64,000 bases of DNA from Thermodesulfobacteriota bacterium (GTDB lineage Bacteria > Desulfobacterota > Desulfobacteria > Desulfobacterales > SURF-7): assembly GCA_049320885.1 (NCBI GenBank), contig JBMORA010000013.1, forward strand, positions 1 through 64,000. Reading direction: 5' to 3'. Numbering within the stretch: position 1 is the stretch's first letter; every line of letters starts with the position of its first letter. Shown piece after piece: positions 47,975 through 57,877 of the stretch. The position numbers were made by a program, and so were the translations under genes. Under the pieces are notes generated by a model. It was not told the DNA's origin and searched no databases. It saw only the letters and a list, made by a program, of their open reading frames with translations.

Positions 47975-49318
47975 TTATTTTTTGGCTTTCAGGAAAGCCG
48001 GGATATGGGCCGCTTCCCGGGGACCCACCGTGATGGTCCAGCCGGGCAATTCCTCTTCCACGTCGCCGGCGATGGCGGCGGCATATCCGGGAATGATCAG
48101 CTCCTTGTGTTTGACCTTGTCCATGATGCCGCATTTTTTCACGAACATGCCGACGTCGTCGCCGGCGAATTTACCGGCGGCCCAGGCGGTCAGAACCGAC
48201 AGGCCTTCCGAGTTCTTCACCAGCAGCCAAGACGGGACGCGGCTGCCTTCGATTTCACCAGAAACGATGAAATAGGTCAGGGCGAAGTTGGTGGTCACAA
48301 GAACCGGAGAATTTTCGTTCGGGTTGCCGATTTCGTAAATCCCCTCGGTAACCGTCATGGGCCGTTGCGGGTCGGTGTAAATGTTCAGGCGTTCCAGCAG
48401 AAGCGGAAAAATACTTTCGCCCGCGAAATCCGATAAAACGACTATACCGCCGTATTTGGCGATCATCATGCCGGCGATCAAGGTTTCCATATCCAGATTG
48501 GTGGCCATTTCGCAGGGGAAAGTGATGGTCGGGAAACCCAAGGAACGGTTGCCGGCTTTCAGGGCGGCCCGGCGGATGGCGACTTCGTCTTCCAGGGCCT
48601 TCTTGATTTCCCGGCTGCCGGGATCGAGCACCAGGTCTTTCAGGCCCATGCCGGTCAGCTTATCGGACAGGGCGATCAATCCATCCACCGAATCGGCCTT
48701 GATGGCCAGGGGCAGATCGTTTTCCTTGGCCAGGGCGCCGAAATCGGCGGCATTGGCGGCGGTGGCGGCATAGATGAGCGGCCGTTTGAACCCGCAGGCG
48801 GCGACGCCGGCTTTCATGACATCGATGTTATCGGACATGAGCACCAGGTTGAACTCGGAGGTCTCGGCGATTTTTTTGGCAACCTTGCCGAAGGCGTCCT
48901 TGTTGCCGTTGACGTCTTTCAGGGCGATCAGCTCCGGGCGGAGGTTCAGGCCCACGCGCTCGAACTGAAAGGCATTCCATTTTTTGAGTTTTTCCGTGAG
49001 CGCCTTGTCGGCGATATCCGAAGAGACCAGGGCAGCCAGCAAGGTGGGATTGTAAAATGTTTTTTCGTGTCGGTACATGACGGTTTCACCGCCGGTTTTG
49101 GCGGCGCGAACCCCTTTACCGACGGCCACCGGCCGGATGGGCGGCGCGGAGGCTTCCGCGAGCTGGGCCTTGGCTTCTTCCGAAACATAGGGACAGCTGT
49201 CCAGCTCAGCCTTGCCGGAAGCCAGGTTCATGGCGAACGCAAGACAGGTGGGCACGCCGCATTCCTTGCAGTTCGTCTTCGGCAGGAGTTTGAAAATCTG
49301 AATACCGGTTAATGCCAT
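47975..49318 (-). CDS. acsC: Corrinoid iron-sulfur protein large (gamma) subunit
   Basis: LPKTNCKECGVPTCLAFA [4Fe-4S] motif, IYTDPQRP, TTNFALTY, SVLTAWAAGKF, GPREA. Confidence 0.95.
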   Translation of the reverse strand: MALTGIQIFKLLPKTNCKECGVPTCLAFAMNLASGKAELDSCPYVSEEAKAQLAEASAPPIRPVAVGKGVRAAKTGGETVMYRHEKTFYNPTLLAALVSSDIADKALTEKLKKWNAFQFERVGLNLRPELIALKDVNGNKDAFGKVAKKIAETSEFNLVLMSDNIDVMKAGVAACGFKRPLIYAATAANAADFGALAKENDLPLAIKADSVDGLIALSDKLTGMGLKDLVLDPGSREIKKALEDEVAIRRAALKAGNRSLGFPTITFPCEMATNLDMETLIAGMMIAKYGGIVVLSDFAGESIFPLLLERLNIYTDPQRPMTVTEGIYEIGNPNENSPVLVTTNFALTYFIVSGEIEGSRVPSWLLVKNSEGLSVLTAWAAGKFAGDDVGMFVKKCGIMDKVKHKELIIPGYAAAIAGDVEEELPGWTITVGPREAAHIPAFLKAKK

Positions 49319-49426
49319 TGTCGTCTCCTTCTATATTGTTTCAACCCCGTAACGATGGTTTATTCGGTTGTCATGACATGTCCGCAAGCGCTTGTCTCAA
49401 GATGGTCTTGCACATGTCGTAAAATA

Positions 49427-49455
49427 TCCGGGTACGGGATTTTCCCGTACCCGGA
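49427..49455 (-). terminator. Stem-loop directly after acsB (attenuating terminator or mRNA stabiliser)
   Basis: Perfect 13-bp stem tccgggtacggga-ttt-tcccgtacccgga followed on the minus strand by TATTTT. Confidence 0.6.
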
Positions 49456-49463
49456 CATGAGCC

Positions 49464-51677
49464 TTAGCCGACGATGGGTTCCATGGAAAGGGCCGGATGA
49501 CCTTTTTCCTGGAGCCAGGGCAGGATTTCCTCCTCGGTGATGCCGACGGTTTCATCGGCGATCTTGTCGTACAAATCGGGTACGCCGAGTTCCTTGCCGC
49601 GTTTGAGAATGCGATCCTTGAGCTCTTCCTTCAGGATTTTGGGCATCCACACCATCCGCAGCAGACCACCGTCGCCGATGATGAATTTGCCCTGGGTGAT
49701 GTTGTATTTGGAATGCCCCACGAAACCCGGAGAGGAAGCGCCGCCGCCCATGACCCCCGCCAGGGTGGTGAATTTCATCCCGGAGGGCGTATCGCCGGTA
49801 TAGTCGCGGTTGACGGTCATGACCCCGTTGCAGGCCGGCAGCATGGCCGCGATGCACTCGCAGCAGCCGCAGGTGGTCATGGGATCATGGACCATGGAGT
49901 AGAAATTATAGTGGGTAACGGCCCCGCGGGAGGCCTTGAAAACGAAATCATTGACGCCCTTCCATTGACCCAGTTTCGGGTTCAGGCATTCGCCCTTCTG
50001 AATGGGCTGGTTGGGTCCGGTGGGGTTGATTTCGAAAGAGGCCTTGCAGTCCATCCAGTTGTAGGCGCCGCAGAGGCCGGTACGCTCCGGGCTGACCGTG
50101 CAGACATGGCTGGGGGCGAAGGACTGGCAGAGGGTGCAGGAATAATAGGTTTCCACATCCTCGTCGGTCATCTTGTCCACGCGCTCGTCGCGCATCTTGT
50201 ATTCGGCCCGGGCTCGTTTGGTCAGGTCGTCCACAGCCTTCTTGTCCGTATAGAGGGTGACCTGGACTTTATCGACGATTTTCTTGAAATCCTGATGGAA
50301 TTTGGCATGCAGGACCACGCCGATATGCTTCAGGGTAAAGCCTTTTTCCACGGCCTGTTTGCTGACCCGGACCCAGGAGATATCCCGCTGTCCGATGTGC
50401 ATGATGCCCTGAATGTAGTTGATCAGGTGATGAATCTGGCGTTCCATGATGGGTTCGAAATCGGTCTGGAATTCACGGCCGGCGATCTGGACGTAAATAC
50501 CCAGGGGCAGGGCTTCACCTTCCTTGAGATCGCCCACATCCTTGCCGACCACGACGACTTTGCCGTCCTCGATTTCGTTCATCTGGGCTTCCTTTACCAG
50601 CTCGGTGCACTGGGTCTTGCCGCCGCCCATCTGGCAGAACAAATCCGCGCCGCGTACGCGCTCGCCCTCGAAGGCCGGGCCGAAGGAAAGCGGGATGTCG
50701 ATTGCAGTGACATTGACTTTCAGGCCGCGCACTTCCACGGAACGCTGGCACATGTCGTTGTGGGGCACGTTGGCCACCACGTGTTCATACGTACAGATGC
50801 CGGTGGGCAGGATCTCGGGAATATCCGTGTCCGCCAGGGTCGGGAAACCCCAGTTGACGCAACCGGCCGCCGCCACGCCCCACTCGGTGCCGATATCGCC
50901 CAGGGCGTTGACAAAGGCAAAAACGCGGTCCTTGTTGTAATGCAGGATCTTCTTGTAATCTCCGGGTTTCACACCGCCGAAGGCCATGGCGGCCCGGTTG
51001 GCGAAGCCCAGGGCGAAAACGGCGGAAGAGATGTCCGGCCCGAAGGGCACGATCCGGGTGTTCCAGCCGATCTGAACGCCCGCCTGGATGAGCTGCTGGA
51101 TGACCGAGGTGCCGTTGTGGCTGGCGGCGCAGAAGATGTACAGGTTCTTCTTCTGGTAGTCCTCCACGATCATCTTGGCGATCTCCGGCGTGGGGGCCGC
51201 GCCCACCATGGCGGCGAATCCGGGCGCGGAGCCGTCCACGAACTCCACACCGCGTTTCCGCAGAATGATGTCGTCCGCTGGTCCCACCCACATTTTGCCG
51301 TTTTCCAGATCCGGATCTTCCTGGAGAATATAGAAATCCGGTTCATACAGCATGCGGATGGCTTCCATGACCTCATACGAGAAAATGGCGGCCATGCCGG
51401 CGTCCAGCAGGGGCCCCAGGTAGGGCAGGTGATTTTTGCCCTTGATATGGGGGGGCAGAAGACCGCGGGCGAAGGCCATGGGCTTCTGCAGATCTTCCAG
51501 GGTCTCCACCTTCATGCCGGTCAGGGAGTAGATGACCGGCAGGTAGTAGGCGGTGTTGCCGAAGCCGACCTTGGTGTCCGCGCTATAGGTGTCCAATGCG
51601 TTCCGAAGCATGCCTTCGGCTTTCGATACGACTTTGTAGCCGCCCTGAATGGCTGCAAATGCTACTAATTTAGACAT
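49464..51677 (-). CDS. acsB: Acetyl-CoA synthase (bacterial-type ACS)
   Basis: 737 aa with N-terminal domain (NTAYYLP); A-cluster ligands CTLCQSFAP.H.C, GLCGA, MTTCGCCEC. Confidence 0.96.
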   Translation of the reverse strand: MSKLVAFAAIQGGYKVVSKAEGMLRNALDTYSADTKVGFGNTAYYLPVIYSLTGMKVETLEDLQKPMAFARGLLPPHIKGKNHLPYLGPLLDAGMAAIFSYEVMEAIRMLYEPDFYILQEDPDLENGKMWVGPADDIILRKRGVEFVDGSAPGFAAMVGAAPTPEIAKMIVEDYQKKNLYIFCAASHNGTSVIQQLIQAGVQIGWNTRIVPFGPDISSAVFALGFANRAAMAFGGVKPGDYKKILHYNKDRVFAFVNALGDIGTEWGVAAAGCVNWGFPTLADTDIPEILPTGICTYEHVVANVPHNDMCQRSVEVRGLKVNVTAIDIPLSFGPAFEGERVRGADLFCQMGGGKTQCTELVKEAQMNEIEDGKVVVVGKDVGDLKEGEALPLGIYVQIAGREFQTDFEPIMERQIHHLINYIQGIMHIGQRDISWVRVSKQAVEKGFTLKHIGVVLHAKFHQDFKKIVDKVQVTLYTDKKAVDDLTKRARAEYKMRDERVDKMTDEDVETYYSCTLCQSFAPSHVCTVSPERTGLCGAYNWMDCKASFEINPTGPNQPIQKGECLNPKLGQWKGVNDFVFKASRGAVTHYNFYSMVHDPMTTCGCCECIAAMLPACNGVMTVNRDYTGDTPSGMKFTTLAGVMGGGASSPGFVGHSKYNITQGKFIIGDGGLLRMVWMPKILKEELKDRILKRGKELGVPDLYDKIADETVGITEEEILPWLQEKGHPALSMEPIVG

Positions 51678-51714
51678 ATTCTTTCCTCCTTCGTTGAGGA
51701 TTTATTCGTTGATG

Positions 51715-53733
51715 CTACGCTTCCAGTGCCTGACGATCCGCCATATCCATCAGTACGCGCTCTCTTGCCTTGTCAATGCCCAGTTCCTTGCGTTTCTTGT
51801 CGATGTGGGCGATCATCAGGTGGGCATGTTTGATGGGGTCGGCTTCCAGATCCCATTTGCCGCCGTAAATTTTTTCCAGTTCCTTGGAAAGATAGTCATG
51901 GAACACCGGGGCTCCCTCAGTGGGCAGGTGCAGACCGAAAACCGTGTAAACGCCGGAAGACACAAAATACTGGCCGATGGAAATCGCTTTTTCGCTCATC
52001 CACTCCGGCGCGCTGCCGGCTGCCGGCAGGTCGCAGATGTCCTTGCCCAGACCGCCGGCCTTGACCACTTCCGTGGCCGCCAGCAGGATGCGGCTGTTGT
52101 CCACGCAGGAGCCCATGTGCAGGACCGGCGGGATGCCCACGACCTCGCAGACTTCGGCCAGACCGGGTCCGCAGTAGACCGCGGCGCTTTCCGGGGTCAG
52201 CAGGCCTTCCATGGCGCAGGCGATGCCGTTGCAGCCGGTGGTCAGGACGATGACGTCGTTCTTGATGAGTTCCTTGACCACGGCGATATGGGCCTCGTTA
52301 TGGCGCGTGCGGGCGTTGTTGCAGCCCACCACGCCGGCAATGCCGCGGATCCGGCCGTTGATGATGTTGTCGTTCAGGGTGTAATAGGTGCCGCGGAAGG
52401 TGCCGCCCAGGTGATATTCGATGGATTCGACGCCGAACCCACCCACGGAGGAGGCCTTGTATTTCGGGATCATGATCTCCGAACCGCGGTTCTTGTAATT
52501 GTCGATGGCCATGCGGACGATTTTTTCCGCGTCTTCCAGGGCATGGTGTTCGTCGAATTCAATGTGAATGACGTTGTTCTGTTCCATCCGGGCAATGGGA
52601 TGGGTGGTGATCAGTTTGGTGTGGAAGCATTTGGCGACGTTGGCCAGGTTCTGGAATACGCACTGGATGTCCACCACCATGGCGTCGCAGGCGCCGGTGA
52701 TGATGGCCAGTTCCTGCTGCAGGTAGGTGCCGGCCTGGGGCACGCCGTGACGCTGGAAAATCTCGTTGGCCGTGCAGCAGATGCCGCCCAGCTGGATGCC
52801 CTTGGCACCTTTGGATTTGGCGTATTCGATGATGTCCGGCCGCTGGGCCGTGGCCACGATCATTTCCGACAATACCGGCTCATGACCGTGAACGATGATG
52901 TTGACATGGTCCGCCTTCATGACGCCCAGGTTGGCCTCGGCCTGAAGGGGATAGGGGGTCCCGAACAGGACGTCCTGGAGGTCGGTGGCCAGCATGGAGC
53001 CTCCCCAGCCGTCCGCGAGTGAAGCCCGGGTGCATTGTTTGACGATATTTTTATAATCCTGATCCACTCCCATGTGGGTCCGATGCATGATTTCGCAGAT
53101 TTCCCTGTCGATGTTCCTGGGCAGCACGCCCTGTTTGACCCATTTGTCATACAGGGGCTGGGGAGCGCGTTTGAGATAGTACAGCTCGCCTTCCGGCTTG
53201 CCCCATTCTGCCAGAGCTTTTTCCGCCACTTCCAGGGCGATCTCATCCAGACTCCGGTCCTTGGTGACTCCGTCCGCTTCCACGGTGGTGGCCACGTTGA
53301 AATGGGGCGCGATGGCCATGAGTTTCTGGGGATCTTTGATTTTATACGCGTTGGTTTCCTTGCGGGCCACGGACAGGAAAACTTCTGCCACGCAGCGGCC
53401 ATGATCCGAATGGGCCGCGGCGCCGGCGGCGACCATACGGGCGAAATTCCGCGCGGCGATGGTATTGGCGGTGGCGCCGCACAAACCCTTGCGGGTGTCC
53501 TCGCCCTGGATGCCGCCCTTGGGCAGCGGCAACCGGCAGGGCCCCATGGCGCAGTTCTTACAGCAAATGCCTTGGATGCCGATGTTGCAGGGTTTCATCT
53601 GCTCGGCGCGGTCGAATACCGTATCAATGCCCAGGTCCTGGGCGCGCTTAATCAATTCCTGGGTCGCCGGATCAATCGAAGCCTTGATCGGATCAGCCAG
53701 TTTGTTCGCTTTTTCTTTTTTTTCTTCCGTCAT
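51715..53733 (-). CDS. cooS: Anaerobic Ni,Fe carbon monoxide dehydrogenase catalytic subunit
   Basis: PCNIG..GICCKNCAMGPC, AAAHSDH, VHGHEP, GICCTANE, VDIQC, VVGCNN, TTGC, MGSCVDN, EWMSEKA. Confidence 0.96.
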   Translation of the reverse strand: MTEEKKEKANKLADPIKASIDPATQELIKRAQDLGIDTVFDRAEQMKPCNIGIQGICCKNCAMGPCRLPLPKGGIQGEDTRKGLCGATANTIAARNFARMVAAGAAAHSDHGRCVAEVFLSVARKETNAYKIKDPQKLMAIAPHFNVATTVEADGVTKDRSLDEIALEVAEKALAEWGKPEGELYYLKRAPQPLYDKWVKQGVLPRNIDREICEIMHRTHMGVDQDYKNIVKQCTRASLADGWGGSMLATDLQDVLFGTPYPLQAEANLGVMKADHVNIIVHGHEPVLSEMIVATAQRPDIIEYAKSKGAKGIQLGGICCTANEIFQRHGVPQAGTYLQQELAIITGACDAMVVDIQCVFQNLANVAKCFHTKLITTHPIARMEQNNVIHIEFDEHHALEDAEKIVRMAIDNYKNRGSEIMIPKYKASSVGGFGVESIEYHLGGTFRGTYYTLNDNIINGRIRGIAGVVGCNNARTRHNEAHIAVVKELIKNDVIVLTTGCNGIACAMEGLLTPESAAVYCGPGLAEVCEVVGIPPVLHMGSCVDNSRILLAATEVVKAGGLGKDICDLPAAGSAPEWMSEKAISIGQYFVSSGVYTVFGLHLPTEGAPVFHDYLSKELEKIYGGKWDLEADPIKHAHLMIAHIDKKRKELGIDKARERVLMDMADRQALEA

Positions 53734-53845
53734 GTGAGGTTCCTCCTCATATTAATGATCAATTCATCCGCCCGTACATCGAAACATCGGCGGCGGGTAT
53801 CTTTTTTTCTGTCAGGCGGTTCACGCAAAGGTCATGAACTCCGCC

Positions 53846-55411
53846 TCAGGCGACACGGCGGTGGACCCTGTTCAAGCGGTCGATGATCTTTTCGATGTCG
53901 CTTTTCTGAACAGCGGCCGGCGTCAGCGTGACTTTACCTTCCTTGACTTCCGCGGCCCTCTGGGCCGCCAGTTTGGCGCGCTCCTCGGCCCGTTTCATCC
54001 GCAGCTCGTTTTCTTCGGCCTGTCGCTTGGCAGCCACATCGGCATCGGCCTTGGCTTTGGCGTCGGCATCGGCTTTGGCTTTGGCTTCCGCATCAGCCTT
54101 GGCCTTGGCTTCCGCAGCCGCTTTCGCCTTGGCGTCGGCCTCGGCTTTGGCCTTGGCATCGGCTTCCGCTTTGGCTTTGGCATCGGCTTCGGCCGCTGCT
54201 TTGGCAGCCGCATCAGCCTTGGCGTCCACCTTGACTTCCACTTTCGGCGCTTCCGCGGGCGCTGCTTTCGGCTCGGCCTTGGGCGCAGCGGCCTTGGCGG
54301 CGGGTTTGGGCGCGGCCTTGGGAGCCTCTTTGGGCGCGGCGGCAGGGGCCGGTTTTTCTTTCTTTTCTTCCTCGATGGTCAGATTCGGCGTCGGTGAAAT
54401 GGCGGCATAATCAATTTTGGCTTCCGCCAGCTTTTTGGCGATGGGCGCCACTTTCGTCGCCATGCCGCCCCCCATGATCAGATCGATGAAGGCCCGCACC
54501 ATGCGAATGGCTTCCGGATGGCGCATGATCAGGATGTCGGAACCGGCCATCAGATAGGTGACCGCTCCCACCGCTTCCATCAGAATGCCGCGTTTTTCCG
54601 GATCCCCCAGGGAAGGGGCTTCCTCGGCTGGCAGTTTGGCTTCCTTGCATTTCCAGACTTCGTTGCCGAGGTTGTTGATGATCGGGAATTGCAGTTTGTC
54701 ATCACCCTGGGCCATGGCCGCCATCCGCAGGCGTTCCATGACCGAATAGGAATATTCCAGGCCGTACCCGATGCCGCCGGTGGTCGGATCCACGATGATG
54801 CGGTCCATGGGCATGCCCAGGTTTTCCAGCAGGATGTTCACCTGTTTGGCCAGGTTGACGTCGATGGGTGAGGACGAAATCAGGGTGTGGCCGAAACCCA
54901 TGGCGGAGGCGCCGATACCCTTGTGGTTCTTGTCTTCCACCGGACCCAGCACCAGCTTTTCGCCGTCGCACTCCTCGGAAATTTTCTTTAAGGTTTCTTC
55001 ATCTTTCTGGGGATTGGCGCACCCCCAGACGATCAGCGGAACATCGATGGCTTTCAGCACTTTCTTGACCGTGGCTACGGCGGACGCCGGGCTGGCGTTG
55101 TCGCCGTTGGGGTCCGTGCTTTTCAGTTGCAGCACGATGGCTTCCGCGCCGAATTCCTTGACGCATTTCTTGGCCCATGCAGCCGGATCGGACATCACAT
55201 CCTTGAAATGGACAAGCGCCGCCTCCGCCCAGTCCTGCGGTGCCATATCCCAGATTTCCATCGCGATTTTCGGTTTATTGGGCATCTTGCCTTCGAACTG
55301 ATAGAAGGGATAACAGGTTTCGCCCCCGACGGTCAGGGCCTTGGCGCCCTTTCCGATGGTAATCTCCTTTATGCTGCCAGCATAGGATTCTTTTACAATT
55401 TCAAAGCCCAA
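53846..55411 (-). CDS. acsD: Corrinoid iron-sulfur protein small (delta) subunit with a long Ala/Lys-rich C-terminal extension
   Basis: VGGETCYPFY.FEG, SPIDVNLAKQ, DPTTGGIGYGLEYSYSVMER, IMRHP; TTG start at 55411 with AAGGAGG RBS; about 170-aa low-complexity tail. Confidence 0.93.
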   Translation of the reverse strand: MGFEIVKESYAGSIKEITIGKGAKALTVGGETCYPFYQFEGKMPNKPKIAMEIWDMAPQDWAEAALVHFKDVMSDPAAWAKKCVKEFGAEAIVLQLKSTDPNGDNASPASAVATVKKVLKAIDVPLIVWGCANPQKDEETLKKISEECDGEKLVLGPVEDKNHKGIGASAMGFGHTLISSSPIDVNLAKQVNILLENLGMPMDRIIVDPTTGGIGYGLEYSYSVMERLRMAAMAQGDDKLQFPIINNLGNEVWKCKEAKLPAEEAPSLGDPEKRGILMEAVGAVTYLMAGSDILIMRHPEAIRMVRAFIDLIMGGGMATKVAPIAKKLAEAKIDYAAISPTPNLTIEEEKKEKPAPAAAPKEAPKAAPKPAAKAAAPKAEPKAAPAEAPKVEVKVDAKADAAAKAAAEADAKAKAEADAKAKAEADAKAKAAAEAKAKADAEAKAKADADAKAKADADVAAKRQAEENELRMKRAEERAKLAAQRAAEVKEGKVTLTPAAVQKSDIEKIIDRLNRVHRRVA

Positions 55412-55760
55412 TTTTGCCTCCTTATCGTTTTCGAACGATATTGCAGTTGAGAAACTTGTTGTAAGAACGTTGCCTATCGCGCCACCCGATAGGAGCTCCA
55501 TCCATCAATATAAATATTCCCCCTTTCATTAATAAAAAAGAATAATATGTCGACATCCGTTACAACGGATGGCTGTTTACGGACCGGCTTATTGTTTTCC
55601 AGCTAACCGATTTTCTTCGAGAAATTTAATGGAACAACCTCCCGGCAAAAAATACCAAATTATCTCCTTACATGCTGGCATAATATTTGTCAATAGAAGA
55701 CCGGAATCCTCCCGCACGGCACATTTTATTATAATTATTTAATATAACAGTAAAATATTG

Positions 55761-57716
55761 CTATCCAGCCTGTCTTGCCCGCAGGCGTCGGCGGTTCTCC
55801 ATGCGCGCCTTCAGTTTCGGAAAACTGTCCAGATCCGTATGCGGCAGGAAAAGCGACGCCACGTATTTGTCCATATACGACGGCGTCTCCGACAGCTCGA
55901 AATTGGTCATTTTCCTGGTGACGTCACCCACATCCCGCCGGATGCGGTTCGTCAGGGAGCTCATTTTACATCCCATCAGGGAGCCGTTTCCCACAAAAAT
56001 GACTTTTGCCGGGTCCACCTCCGGCAGCAGGCCGATGACCATGGCTTTTTCCAGATCCACATAGCTGCCGAAGCCGCCGGCCAGGATGATCCGATCCAGG
56101 CTGTGCACGCTAAGTCCCACCTCTTCCAGCAGGGTCTGGTAGCCGCTGTAAATGGCGCCCTTGGCGCGGATCAGATTTTCAATGTCGATCTCCGTCAGCA
56201 CCACATCCCGGTCGATCTGGGATTCATGCTGCCAGGCCAGCACGTATTCGTACACCCCCTCGGACTCACGGATCCGGGGGGTCTTGAGATCCCGGTCGAA
56301 TTTCCCCAGGTTGTTGATGATGCCCATTTCAAACATGGTGGCCACCATGATGATCAACCCGGAGCCGCAGATCCCCTTGGGCCTGGTGTTGCCGATGGTG
56401 ATGTTCATGGGTTCGAGGGTGATGGGATCGATGGAAAAATCCTCGATGGCCCCCTTGGCGGCCCGCATGCCCAGCTTGATGCCGCCCCCCTCGAAAGCCG
56501 GGCCGGCCGAACAGGCCGCGCAGGCCAGCCAGTCCTTGTTGCCGACGACGATTTCCGCATTGGTGCCGATGTCGATATACAGCGTCAACTCCTCGGTGCG
56601 GTACATGCCCGATCCCATGACGCCGGCCACAATGTCGCCCCCCACATAACTGGAGACCACCGGATACACCAGGGCGGTCACATGGGCCCCCAGGTTCATT
56701 CCCAGATCCCGGGCCCGAATGGGGGGGAACAGGGTGGCGGCCGGTACATAAGGGGAGAGCCGGATGTATTTCGGATTGATGTTCAACAGCAGCTGGGTCA
56801 TGGTGGTGTTGCCGGCCAGTGTGATGGTGGAAATACCTTCCGGGTCCACACCCGCCTGGGTGATGATCCTTCCGAGCACCTTGTTGATGGTCTCGATCAC
56901 CACCTCCTGAAGCTTCTGGCGGCCGCCCGGCTTGTCCGCGAACACGATCCGGCTGATCACATCCTCGCCGTAGCTGATCTGAGCATTGAAATCGCCGTAT
57001 TCACTCAACACCTCACCGGTCTTCAGGTTCAGCAGCTGGCCGTATATGGTGGTGGTGCCGATATCCATGGCAATGGCGTAATTCTGCTCCGTTGTGTCCC
57101 CCGCCTGAAGATTGGCGATGCGGGATTTGCTGCCTTCCCGCACCGGCCGTTCCAGGGTCGCGGTGACCTTGAAATCCTGTTCCCGGAGTACATCCGGAAT
57201 TTTCCGGATAACCGGCAGGGTGAGCTGAAGCTGATGCTCGCCGTGATTCAAGGTAAGGAAATTGACCAGGCGGGAGACATCCGGCAGATTGTCTTTATGA
57301 GAAGGTTCCGGCAACTCCAGATATCTTTTTTCCACCGGCGGCACGAACAGGCCGGCTTCCTTCAGGGTTTCAAAATCCATCTGCTGGATACGGGCGGTGC
57401 GGCGGGGCGTGGATTGGGAATTCAGCACACTGGCATCCACCGCCGATTCCACCGGAATGCGAACAGTCAGGTCGCTTCTGATCTTCGATAAGCAGGCCAG
57501 ACGGTAATTTTTTTCCAGATCGTCCTTGCTGAGCTTTTCCGTGATGCCGTCATCCACGCTGCCGCTTTCGATCATGACCCGGCATTTGCCGCAAACGCCT
57601 TCGCCGCCGCAGGAGGCGTTCACATGAACGCCGGCCTCCATGGCCGCACGGATCAGGCTTTCGCCGTCGGGAACGGAAATTTGTCGGTTGTGGGGCAGGA
57701 ACGTCACTTTGTGCAT
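55761..57716 (-). CDS. acsV: Reductive activator of corrinoid proteins (RACo/AcsV; 2Fe-2S plus ASKHA ATPase, DUF4445)
   Basis: CGGEGVCGKC...RLAC [2Fe-2S]; DIGTTT, YGEDVISRI, YVGGD, DIGTNAE, AGPAFEG, GICGSG, LAGGFG. Confidence 0.92.
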   Translation of the reverse strand: MHKVTFLPHNRQISVPDGESLIRAAMEAGVHVNASCGGEGVCGKCRVMIESGSVDDGITEKLSKDDLEKNYRLACLSKIRSDLTVRIPVESAVDASVLNSQSTPRRTARIQQMDFETLKEAGLFVPPVEKRYLELPEPSHKDNLPDVSRLVNFLTLNHGEHQLQLTLPVIRKIPDVLREQDFKVTATLERPVREGSKSRIANLQAGDTTEQNYAIAMDIGTTTIYGQLLNLKTGEVLSEYGDFNAQISYGEDVISRIVFADKPGGRQKLQEVVIETINKVLGRIITQAGVDPEGISTITLAGNTTMTQLLLNINPKYIRLSPYVPAATLFPPIRARDLGMNLGAHVTALVYPVVSSYVGGDIVAGVMGSGMYRTEELTLYIDIGTNAEIVVGNKDWLACAACSAGPAFEGGGIKLGMRAAKGAIEDFSIDPITLEPMNITIGNTRPKGICGSGLIIMVATMFEMGIINNLGKFDRDLKTPRIRESEGVYEYVLAWQHESQIDRDVVLTEIDIENLIRAKGAIYSGYQTLLEEVGLSVHSLDRIILAGGFGSYVDLEKAMVIGLLPEVDPAKVIFVGNGSLMGCKMSSLTNRIRRDVGDVTRKMTNFELSETPSYMDKYVASLFLPHTDLDSFPKLKARMENRRRLRARQAG

Positions 57717-57877
57717 ATACCGTTTCCTTTTCGCTGGGGTGGTGTTGCCGCGTCGCCAGTCGGGCGAATGAAGTTACTTATCGAATTCACGGTCGGTTAT
57801 CAAGCAGAACCTTCACCGCATCGGATCGAGTCGAAAACGAGCAGCATGTGAGCATATACTCATAACTATGGGCGCTG

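Noticed and set aside
54040..54230. 24-bp tandem DNA repeats as a non-coding repeat array
   Set aside because: They are in frame within acsD and vary at synonymous positions, so they are a protein repeat.
55412..55501. ORF-track start of acsD at 55501
   Set aside because: A TTG at 55411 has a consensus AAGGAGG RBS and matches where AcsD-like sequence begins.
55676..55690. Sigma54-like TGGCATAATATTTGT
   Set aside because: It lacks the -12 GC, points antisense into acsV, and overlaps a minus-strand TTGACA that better explains the site.
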